From the NCBI GenBank assembly GCA_011109175.1, contig RDEW01000002.1, positions 12,299 through 76,298 on the forward strand: a stretch of DNA of 64,000 nucleotides. Direction: 5' to 3'. The DNA comes from Dicyema japonicum. Lineage: Eukaryota > Animalia > Dicyemida. The notes under the pieces were generated by a model. That model was given only the letters and a program-made list of their open reading frames with translations, did no database searches and was not told the DNA's origin. Both the position numbers and the translations under genes were made by a program. Positions 36,040-47,279 of the stretch are shown here, piece by piece (positions within the stretch are counted from its first letter, which is position 1; each line of letters begins with the position of its first letter).

Positions 36040-38130
36040 GCTTGCTCTTGCCGATATTGATAAGGAGGCGATCTATGCAGCACAGGCGTACTCGATACCT
36101 TGTAGAACAAAGTGTTTGTATAGAAGCTCTAACGATAGGCGGGAGGATACTGGAGAGTAGTTGAATGCCTTGAGAATTCCAATTTTCTTTTGGATCATCG
36201 CGGTTGCTAGGTCCACTTGATGGGTAAATGTGAGTAGGGGATCCAGCATGACTCCAAGAATTGAAAGGGTCTTCTTAATGGGAAGCGGGGAGTCATACAA
36301 TGTTATTCGTGGTGTTGTCCGTAATTCTTTTCGTGCTGAGGTAAACGTCATTACATTTGACTTTCCTGGTGATATATTCAGACGGTTCTTCAGTAACCAA
36401 AGACCCATCTGGTTTAGTAGGTCTTGCACGAATCGTGTCGCCTCGATTCTTCGATGTTTCACTGAGACCACGAGATCATCCATATACGATAGAAGAATTG
36501 TGTTTTTGGTGGTTGGGAAAGGTAGGTCAATGATGAACATGTTGAAGAGCATTGGAGACAACGGTGATCCTCGTGGAACTCCATTTGGAGGTATCGCGGT
36601 TTTGATTTTTGGTTGTTGCCACCACTTGGCCCATTCGACTGTTAATGAAGTTACCCAACCATGACTTAAATTTTGTGTGGATCGACGTGGTAAAATTTTT
36701 TGTTGTAAGGATCTTCCGGGATATTGAGTCAAGAGCCTTCTCCACATCCACTGAGACCAGCACGGTTCTCTCGTGTGGATTTTAAGTATTCAGACCGTCA
36801 GAAATGAATTGAACCAGTTTTGTTAGATGAGTTGTTGTTGAGTGTCCTTCGCGGAATCCGTGTAGAAAAAATGATAGAGTTATGAAAGGACGGATCTTGA
36901 GAAAACCAGTTTTTCTAAACTCGTGATAAGGCGCAGATGAGATGGATACCGGGCAATTTGTGGTTTGTTTTTTTCAGGATAGGGTGTATCAGAGATTTCT
37001 TCCATATTGACAAAATTTGTCTCGTTTATTGAGAGGTTGAAGACTTGTGTTATTGCGGCCGTCGTGGAAGGACCCAGGTGTTTCAGTTCGAGAATGGAGA
37101 TGTCATCTGAACCGCGGGACGACGAGTTATTCATTTTCCTGATTACTGAGTGCACCATTGAATGGTCGAAGAAAGTTATGTTGGGACATTTATTCCTTCG
37201 ACCATTTCCAGAACGAATATCCAGGTCTTTTGAATATGGTTTATGACTAAAATTTACATAGTACTTCATAATGTCATTGGGAGTTGGATTTGGCTCTCGA
37301 TGTCCAATTAAATGTGGAGAGCACTTCTTGAGCCTCCTTATCGATTTCCATAATACAGTGGGGGAAGTATTATTTGTAGATTTCTGAGCAAGGCTTCCCA
37401 ACGTTATTTGTTGTGTTTTGTGATGTTCCGTGTGATTTCTTTGTTCAGTTTTGATATTTTCAGTTACGTCCACTGATTGTCTTTCGAAATTCTTCAGTTT
37501 ATTTCTCGTTTGGATTAGATCTCGCGTTTCAGCATCAATTGGGTGTGTTGGGCGTTGAGGACGACCCATCGGAATGCATCTTTTGCGAGCTTGGAGTATA
37601 ATATCGTTGAGGTATTTGAGAGCAGCGTCGATAGATCCGAAATTCACTACCCTGAAGGCCTGGAGGTTTAGTTCTGTAAAATGTGTGAAGGCGGGCCATA
37701 TTGCCTTTGAGAAGTTCACATTGGTTCTCAAAGTGTTCATTAACTTATGTTTTTGTGGATCCTCATGAAGATCGGGTTATGGTCAGTATGTAAGTCGTAT
37801 ATAACATCCCATGAAATAACAGCCGCAAAAGAAGGAGCAGCGAAAGAAATGTCTGATAAAGTAAGGGAGTCGCGTCCTTGTGTGTTTACTTGGATTATTG
37901 AGAATGATCAAGTCGTCAAAAATGTGTTTTCTCGAGAGTGCTTTTAAGAATAATAATGTTATGACAAAGTCCACTTTATGGTCTGCAGGCATCGAGCACG
38001 TAATGGAAGTTATCTCTCAAGATTGTGATCCCAGTGTTCAAAAAGAGCCATCTCGTCTTTCTTGCATCACCCTTCCGGAGTCTGCAAGCTGCACGATTAA
38101 CCTGGTTAATTAGATTTGAGGGGCAACCAA
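36040..38130 (-). mobile_element. LINE family B-like ORF2 (APE plus RT), frameshifted
   Basis: SSRGSDDISILELK, VDVEKALDSI, GVPRGSPLSPMLF, SYMDD and ILGVMLDPLLTF. Confidence 0.9.
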
Positions 38131-38376
38131 AGAGATCTTAATAATTTTATTTTTAGATTCACATCACATCCTCAGACTGATTATGTAAAATACCACGTTA
38201 AACCAAACTTATATGTGATTACTATCATGTGTCCAGGACATTTTGGTCCATTTTAGTAAGAAACAAAGTAGAGTTTAAATAAACATAACTTGACTATTCA
38301 ACGCTATAAATTAAATTTTCTATTGTTATAAATTAAACCTCATATTCCCAAACATGTCAAACATTTTTAATTAAAA

Positions 38377-39612
38377 TTAAATTGGCATATATTCAGACAA
38401 CTTTGTATGCCTAAAAAGATTGATTACAGCTCCAATAAGTCCAATAATCATGAATACTACCACAATGAGGGTAATTTCTATTATTTTAGAATTTTTTGAA
38501 ATAAAAGAATTATCGTTTCCTTGAATTATTTTAAAATCTTTTGAAAGAGTGAAAAAATTTTTTCTTCTATGCATAACTTTCGAAACACTCAGAATCTAAA
38601 TTTACTATAAATGTCACCATTCCAATGAAATTAAAATTCGAATCATTCCGATAAAACTGAGCTTTTAATGATGAAAATTTAGCTCGAATTTTAGGGAGAT
38701 GTATATAAAACACTTTACAATTAAAGTAAGTTCCGATATCGATATAATTTGGATGATTATTATACCATGTTCCAACATTTTGGCTTCTGAAGCTAAAATT
38801 AATTTCCGATATATAATATTTATTTTGTTTTAATTTTAAAATAAAAAATATTTCAATCCGGTCTATCTGTAAATGTATTTTAATTTTATCGTTTTCAAAA
38901 TCAATTTTTGGAGTTTGACATTCATGTGAAATATGTTGATATGTCCGCTATAATCAAATTTAAAATATTACAAATTTATCAATGTAAAAATCGATTTCAA
39001 TTTTACCACTTAATATTGCGAAGAGTCGATTTCCATCCATAAAATACCAAATTGGAGTATCTGGATCGTTAGATGGATTACAGTCATTAGCTAGATTAAA
39101 TTATAAAAAAAACCTCTTCCACTTATAAGAGTATTACAGGACTAGCTCCATATTGTATTATCAAAGAATATATTGTGACAGAGTAGTCATTTCCCAAACT
39201 GATGGAATTATTTCCACATCTGTAATATTCACCATTTTTGATTTCTGTGATTTTTTTTGTATTTGTGTAGATTCTATTATCTTTGATGATTTAAAATTAA
39301 ATTACTGGAATTTAATCTAATTTTCATTATTATGTTATAGAATTTTTTAGAAGGTTGAATAAAAAATTCGAAATTTAAATTATGTTTCACGGTGTGATAC
39401 TCGAATGATAAATCGTAAGAATCAATTTTGATTCTGAATACATCAATTATTCTCTATAATTGTGAATTATAAGATACATTCTCATGGATATTCGTCAAAA
39501 AACAATCTCCATACAATTTCATACCATGTAGATCAAACTTAGCTGACATTTTTGTGATGAAAGACAAAAATATTAACAACATAAAAATATTGAATGAACA
39601 CGTCATATACAT
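38377..39612 (-). pseudogene. LAMP-like type A membrane protein, copy 2
   Basis: After the 24-nt intron at 38948-38971, a ~100-codon open exon reads RTYQHISHECQ...IGTYFNCKVFYIHLPKIRAKFSSLKAQFY. TM segment IIEITLIVVVFMIIGLIGAVINLF and C-terminal EYMPI*. Several 1-2 nt indels. Confidence 0.7.
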
Positions 39613-40169
39613 AATTTAGGTCACCATTTAATGAATTTAGTTTTAATATATATTAATAAATTTTGTTATTATTTTTAATTAAAATAAAATCATACTCTTA
39701 AATATTTGATTTTATATAATTATTAGGGCAACATAAGTAAAAAACTCAATTTCAATTCAGAGTTAAACTTTAGTCAAAAATAATGATTCATTTAAAAAAA
39801 TGTCAAAAAAAGTTTTCTATATAAAGTTTTTAGGTCATAGAATCAACTTTTTAGATTTTCAGTCAATTTTTAAATAAAAATTTAAAATCGTAGCCACTTT
39901 ATTTAATCAACAATAAAAAGTTAATATTTAATATCAACAGCCTTCCTCTCTTGCCTGTTTGCCAACCTTCTCATGCAGGTTCGATTCTGGTTGCTGAAAC
40001 AACTCCGAGAGCGCCTTTTCCAATTGAGCCCTCTCCCATATGGCATCTCCGGCTCTGACTCTTATACTCCAGTGTCAGGCTATTTAGGGTTCGCTTTAAT
40101 ACTGTTCACTGTTGATAGGGCTGGAGTTCCTATCTATGCCTAAATAAAAATTTAAATAATGTAATTATA

Positions 40170-40526
40170 TCATAATTTAAAGTCCAGCGGATATGATCGA
40201 GTGGCTGTTACCTCTGACTACTGCAGGGATATCCTTTGGAAAAGCCACTCGGTTTCCCGACGCTCCCTCGAGGCTTTGGTCAATAGACACCCAAGTGCTC
40301 TAAGGAAAGAGACCGTCTTGGGGCCAAAGACTCCGCTCGTCTCGACGACCACTGGCTGTACATGGAAACGGTTTAGGAGGCTGCTGTATTTTTTATTTTT
40401 GAGTTTTCATATAAACGGGCGGCCTCTCCCGCTTTCATTGCCGACCTCAAAAGTTTCGACTGGAAAAGCTGTCAGTACAGGCAGCATCCCAAATTAAGCA
40501 TTTGCCCCGAGAGAAGGGGAAGACAG
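40170..40526 (-). mobile_element. CRE 3' end
   Basis: Minus strand LIWDAACTDSF...VVVETSGVFGPKT...EWLFQRIS..VVRGNS. Confidence 0.8.
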
Positions 40527-40689
40527 TAATTTAAAGTATCAAATTAAATTTAAAATAATCGGCTTGATATTTCTGTCCTATTGTAACAAATTTTTAACTA
40601 AATTATACAGTACCTAAAAATAAGCTTTCCGATTCAAAAAAGCTAAACACAGAAGCACTCTTCACGAATAAATGTATTCACAAATAAAA

Positions 40690-41490
40690 AACAATTGAAT
40701 ATTGTTCTAATTGATTTCTTCAGAAATTTTGCAACAGACGTAACGGAATCATTTCTGCTCGCAAACATTCCACTCTATAAATTGAGGAATCGAGCAATTA
40801 TCAACTTAATCGAAAGTATTGGGCATCCACTTCCTTCAGAGTTTGCTTGCGCATCCATATGTAGAAATTTTAGCTCAACAAAGATATCCAAATAATTAAT
40901 TTAATTTCAAATAAGAAAGTTAGTTTGAATAATTTAATTTTTAAGGTTTTTTTGATTGTGGACGAAATTGATGTGGGATAAAAAATTTGTTAATTGTCTA
41001 GTAGATTGTATAACAATTGATTCCTTTCCGCTGAAGGCTGTTTCTTACTATGCCTGCAAATCTGTTAAATGTTATTCAAATATGCACACCTTAGAATGAG
41101 ATTCTTTGCTTATTAAAAGAGCAAAAGAATGTTTATTTAATGGACAACTTCATGAAGATCTAACGACGATAATACCATAATATTCACCTTTATTACATTT
41201 GCTTGATGATTTAGAATCGACCAATTTTACTATAAATAAAGCATACATTTATTTGAAAAAATTGGATATAAAAGAAGACGTATGTGGAATAAAAAATAAT
41301 ATTAACAATAGAATGTATTCTAATGATTTCACAAAAATAATGAATTTCGATGATTATTCCATTTCACCTTTAGATTATTCTTTGTTGATTGAATGTCAGG
41401 CTACATCGTGCGCAGTGGAACGATCATTTTCGATTTTTAATAAAATCTTATCCAAGAATAGGAATTATAAAGCCTATAATTTAAAATAAT
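40690..41490 (+). mobile_element. CGGBP1-like hAT transposase remnant
   Basis: FLLANIPLYKLRN...LPSE at the N-terminus and ATSCAVERSFS at the C-terminus. Confidence 0.7.
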
Positions 41491-41679
41491 ACTTAATTGT
41501 GAATAAATGATGAATAAAATTACTTTAAATTTTCATAAGTGTAGTTTATATATGAAAATAAAGCTGTAACTAGTATTTTTTAGGTGAATTTTTAAAATAA
41601 TAAGATCAAGTAAATCGACTTTTTAAGGACAATTTTTATTTTTTAAGTCAATAAATATGTTCCCTAATCATTATATTTA

Positions 41680-42365
41680 TTTTGTCCAATATTTTAGGTT
41701 AATGACATTGATCGCTTTAAAAAACGAAGGTTCAGCAAAAAAGCAGAATTATTTATATTACTCGATGGATCTTTATATCTTAAGGAGTAATTTAATAACT
41801 ACAAGCTCGTTATAACGTTTGATGATGATGCTCTTATGACTTTGCTTGCAGAAGACTTACATCGGCAAGCCCATTGCGGACAAAACATTTTGGAAAAGTT
41901 ATGTCGCGAACGTTTTTTCGTGATAAAGCGTGAGATAATTAGAGGTGTGGTCCAAAATTGTGAAGTCTGCTTATTCTCGTCAATTCTGAAACAATCTGAT
42001 GATATTTGTCATATTTTTTCTAACTCCCCGAATGAATATTGCAAGTAGATTTTATCGACTTAAAAAGGTATTTCCTATTGTTTAATTTTGAGATTTAAAA
42101 GCTGTAATGATTCATTTTCTTGGTTACTCACTGTTATTGACGTGTATTTAAAATTCTCTTATAATCTTGTTATCGTAGAACAGGAGGATGGATCAGAATA
42201 TAAAGTTCATAAATAAAGACTTAAAAATTGAGATAAATAAAGGAAATTAAATTTTTTTATTAAAAAATTGGGTTATTTAAAAAAATTAAAAAAATAAAAG
42301 AAGACAAAGAGCTTAATGACATTGATCAAAGAATCTGTAACCGTATAGGGAATTAATGTCTATCT
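41680..42365 (+). mobile_element. Ginger/KRBA2-like integrase remnant
   Basis: HHCC zinc motif LHRQAHCG...VVQNCEVC. Confidence 0.65.
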
Positions 42366-43321
42366 GAAGAACAGCGGCCGTAGGCCGCATAGGGAATTTG
42401 TGTCTATCAAGGATGTAGTTTCATGCGAGATTTATAATAATGTTCTATCTATGTTAGTTATTTCTCATGATATACTTATTATTTCTCTATTTAAGTTGTT
42501 TTGTAACTTTTATTAGTAGAAAATATAATTATTTAATTTATTAATTAAGAATATAAAAAGTTAACACGTTGCTGGTTAAAAAAAGAAAGAATATAATACT
42601 TAAATTTACTAATTTAAAAAACGCTTTAAATTAAATTAACAGTCTCCCCAAAAAAACCGTAAACACAGGTCATCTCTGAAGATATGTGCCAGATACATTA
42701 GTGCGATTTTTGAACCTCGAATAAGATTTTCGATAATTCCGTCAACATTGCACATTTTTCCTTCTAACAATAAGGGAATTGGCATACGAGGAATTATCCC
42801 GTAAGCAAGCTTTAGAGCAAAATTTCGCGTTTTCTCAATTATTATGGCTCTCGTGAAAGTGCTAATAATAATAATTATAAGTATGTTGTGGTTAATTAAA
42901 TTAAAGGGGCAAACAAAAAGATCTTAAAAATTTATTTATCTCTTTAAACGTCTTGTGATCAAGACATTCTATGCAGTCATAGATATTTTGTTTCTGCTTT
43001 ACTGTCTCACTGCAGTATTTGAGATCAAACATATTTGTTTTCCAATCTAGGCGGTTAGAGCTAACTAGACTTAATTGATTTTTTAGTTGCGAAATTATTT
43101 TTTCTGTAATGCGAATTATTTTTTAGATTAATACCACGTTAAACCAAATCTACTTATCATGTGATTCCTATCATGTGTCGAGGACATTTTGGTCCATTTT
43201 AGTTGAAACAAAGTAGAGTTTAAATAAACTTAACTTTACTATTCAACGCTATAATTAAATTTTCTATTGTTATAAATTAAACCCTCATATTCCCAAACAT
43301 GTCAAACATTTTTAATTAAAA

Positions 43322-44551
43322 TTAAATTGGCATATATTCAGACAACTTTGTATGCCTTAGAAGATTGATTACAGCTCCAATAATCCAATAATCATGAGTA
43401 CTACCACAATGAGGGTAATTTCTATTATTTTAGAATTTTTTGAAATAAAAGAATTATCGTTTCCTTGAATTATTTTAAAATCTTTTGAAAGAGTGAAAAA
43501 ATTTTTTCTTCTATCTGCATAACTTTCGAAACACTCAGAATCTAAATTTACTATAAATGTTACCATTCCAATGAAATTGAAATTCGAATCATTCCGATAA
43601 AACTGAGCTTTTAACGATGAAAATTTAGCTCGAATTTTAGGGAGATAAATATAAAACTCTTTACAATTAAAGTAAGTTCCGATATCGATATAATTTGGAT
43701 GATTATTATACCATGTTCCAACATTTTGGCTTCTGAAGCTAAAATTAATTTCCGATATATATAATATTTATTTTGTTTTAATTTTAAAATAAAAAATATT
43801 TCAATCCGGCCTATCTGTAGATGTATTTTAATTTTATCGTTTTCAAAATCAATTTTTGGAGTTAGACATTCATGTGAAAAATGTTGATATGTCCGCTATA
43901 ATCAAATTTAAAGTTTTACAAATTCATTAATGTGAAAATTAATTTCAATTTTACCACTTAATATAGCGAAAAGTCGATTTCTATTCATAAAATACCAAAT
44001 TGGACTATTTGGTCGTTAGATAAATTACAGTCATTAGCTTAATTAAATTCTATAAAAACCTCTTCCATTATATTTGCATAAAAAGGACTAGCTCCATATT
44101 GTATTATCAAAGAATATATTGTGACAGAGTAGTCATTTCCCAAACTGATTTTAGTATCTCCACATCTGTAGTATTCTCCATTTTTGATTTCTGTGATTTT
44201 TTTCGTATTTGTGTAGGTTTTATTATCTTTGATGATTTAAATTAAATTACTGGAGTTTAATCTAATTTTCATTGTTATGTATAGAATTCTTAGAAGGTTG
44301 AAAACCTCGAAAATTAAATTGTGTTTAGTGTTTTCATACTTCAATTTATTTTTGAGAGTACAATAATTGATTCTGAATACATCACTTTTTATCTATAATT
44401 GTAAATTATATAAGACATTCTCATGGATATTCGTCAAAACACAATCTCCATACAATTTCATACTATTTAGATCAACCTTAGCAGCAATTTTTGTGATGGA
44501 AGACAAAAATATTAACAACATAAAATTATTGAATGAACACGTCATATACAT
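43322..44551 (-). pseudogene. LAMP-like type A membrane protein, copy 3
   Basis: MYMTCSFNNFMLLIFLSSITKIAA signal-like start, GEYYRCGDTKISLGNDYSVTIYSLIIQY and C-terminal EYMPI*. Contains an internal stop and 1-nt indels. Duplicated with flanks (~42900-44650 versus ~38115-39720). Confidence 0.7.
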
Positions 44552-44669
44552 AATTTAGGTCACCTATTGATAATTTAGTTTTAATATAAATTAATAAATT
44601 TTGTATTATTTTTAATTAAAATAAAATCATACTCTTAAATATTTGATTTTACATCATTATATTTATTTA

Positions 44670-45560
44670 TTTATTTTTTTTTTTTTTAAATGAAGAAATT
44701 TTATTATAAAATGAATAAAAATTAAATTAAGGCATCTGAATGGCCATGCTATTTCCCCTAACAATAGCCAGCGAGATACGTTCTCGAAACCAACCAGTCT
44801 CTCGCGGATCCTTGGTCACAGCTTGAATCATGGAGCCGATCTTACGAACCAACTCATCTGCTTGGGGCCAAGGATTCCTGACGTTTCCACCGCGAATGGA
44901 ACAAAAAGATACTCCTCCGAAATTCTCTGGTACTTCCTCCTCTTTCGTTCCTCGCCCTGCTTCGAAGCATGTCCTGGGTCTGAAGCAGAAGCAACCAAAT
45001 TAGACGGGGAATAAGTATCAACACACGTCGCGTCCCAGATCAGGTTTCGTCCGTTGGCGAATGGAAAAGTCATCATCCCATCAGGGCGTTTTCCATCGTT
45101 TCGGGAAAGACCAGCAGGTTCTAACAGGCAATGGTGTCCAGCAGAGGCAAGGGAATTCTTTAATGTCATGTTAAGACAGGAGTGCCTGGGGAAACGACCC
45201 GCACTCATCTTGCATGACAAGGGATGATAACCAAAAGGATCGATCCAACGTCCACAGCGGCATTTTCTTTCGGCACACAATTTAAGACCAAGACGAAGCG
45301 AGGTAGCTATTCTCAGCCTCATCATCCAACAGGTTTCCAATTTCGGCAGATGGAAAAGCGTTCATCCAGGCCCCCGTCGAGTGACAACTGGCTGTTTTGA
45401 GGCAGGCAAGCCTTCTTACATCCTCCGTCTTTTCAAGGGACTCTTTCTTCTTTTCGAAGACACAAAACAAATAGGACTTTTGCTTATCACAATTGAGCGG
45501 AGCATTTAGGTACAAATTCATCCATTCATCCCAGGCTCCCGACGATTTATTTTGTCCAAT
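44670..45560 (-). mobile_element. CRE retrotransposon 3' part with poly(A) tail
   Basis: CRCG..IDPFGYHPLSC, RPDG, LIWDATCVDT, FAVETSG and ISLAIVRGNS; T run at ~44675-44687. Confidence 0.9.
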
Positions 45561-46077
45561 ATTTTATGTCTTTATGATTGTTCAAATCAATCTATATGTT
45601 GTTAGCATAATTATTCCATAAATAAAAATTATAAAATCAATATTGTCTACTTTTTCCGTAAAGCCAATTATTATTTTCTAGGTCACTCAATATAAAATTT
45701 TGATTTTTACACTGAAAAAAATATTTTTAGAAGCCGACGTTTTAGCCATGTTTTGGCCATGTCTTCGACGACTTAAGCTTGACGTGTGGGTTATCCAATA
45801 CTCCAAAGAGGACATTATGAAGGCTTTTTAAGTTGACTCTTTCAATTAAATTATCAATTTATAATTCTAATTAGTATGGTAATTTTTATAGAAGTTCAAA
45901 TTTAATTTAAATTATTAATCACGAAAAAAGGATAAGAGTTATTGTTAAATTAAGTGATCCCATTATCCATATTTGTTTTTTTCTGTTGTTTGTTTTTGAG
46001 TCCTGTATTTATGTTCATAACGGGGAACGTTTTTTGTAGTATCTCGGCAGACGTCCAGATATAGTTTGAGTTCTTTA

Positions 46078-46404
46078 AGAGCCATGTGGCGCCATGTAGT
46101 GCTTCGTGGCTAATTGGCTGAAGTTTCTGTTTGTTCGTCCGTTCCTCCTCTCTTTTCCTATAAGAGTGGTGTCATGTGATCCACCTGTTTAGGTGGCGCC
46201 CAGTGTCTGTCCGGCACGAAAAAGGATCATTTGCTCTCCCCACTTCACTGAAGGGGTTTCCACAACTGCAAATATGGACGTCTTACCCATTATGTTGATT
46301 CCGGATGGACTCTGTTTCTGTAGAAGTGGAAACTGGATACACTTAATTAGTTGTTTACTTTAACTTCTCTTTTTTGGTGTATTCGAGGTTAATAAATAAT
46401 AATA
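46078..46404 (+). mobile_element. SINE-like family 2, best copy
   Basis: A-box-like tggctaattgg, internal hairpin ccacct-gttt-aggtgg and tail ...cgaggttaataaataata; inverted copy at 55497-55825. Confidence 0.65.
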
Positions 46405-47279
46405 GTTTCTCATCCAACGCGGCTTTTATGTGGGCGGGATGATTTGGGCAATAGAAATTGGAGCGGGTGATTTATATCCCTCTCATAAAAACCGTAATTG
46501 TTTTGTACTGTTGGGAGTTGCAGTTCATGCATTAGGAAGCAAACTCAGTTACATTTTGTCAGTTAATGTCTTCAAGTGATAAGTGGATTAGTTTTTATAG
46601 TTTCCCAAGATTGCTAATAGTAGTAGTTGTCAAGGACGTTGATTTTTTGTTTGTTCGTTCAGGACAGAGTCATTCCTTTTGACGCAGAGGAATAAATGAG
46701 AGATGGCTCAATGAATTGTTTGTACAATAATTTCAATGCAAGAAAAGGGGTCTTAATGGCACTAAAAATAGATTCGATTATCCCTAGCCCTCTTACCAGC
46801 TTCCGGAGATGCCGTCGACATTAGAAGAAAAAGACATGTGTGTAGAAGGTGATCCTCAAGATGTATGTGCTTTCTGGAGTTATTGAGGATAGTCATAGAT
46901 ATGAACTGGTTTGTTAGTGACGGCCCTCTTTAATATGTTGGCTGTGATTTTAACCAGGAAGGGTGTTAGCATTGAAATCTCTACACAGATAGATTTCCGA
47001 GGTTGTTTAGCTTGGATAGGTTTAGTGAGAATCCTTTTGGGCAAGAAGACGGAAGGGGACGTAGATGTTTTTATTATTGACAGTTCCGAATCCGCTTGTA
47101 ATGGGAATTCCAGATATTTCTGTAGGCCCATCGTTTATTGTAGTTGTGCAGAGATGTCCGTAAATCGAATGTTATAGGGTTCCCCGACCATTAACGTAAC
47201 TCTTCCGAGCAATAGCGTAACTTTCACGACCACTAGCATCACAATCTAGTCGTTAACATGGGATAAGGATATATGTCAC

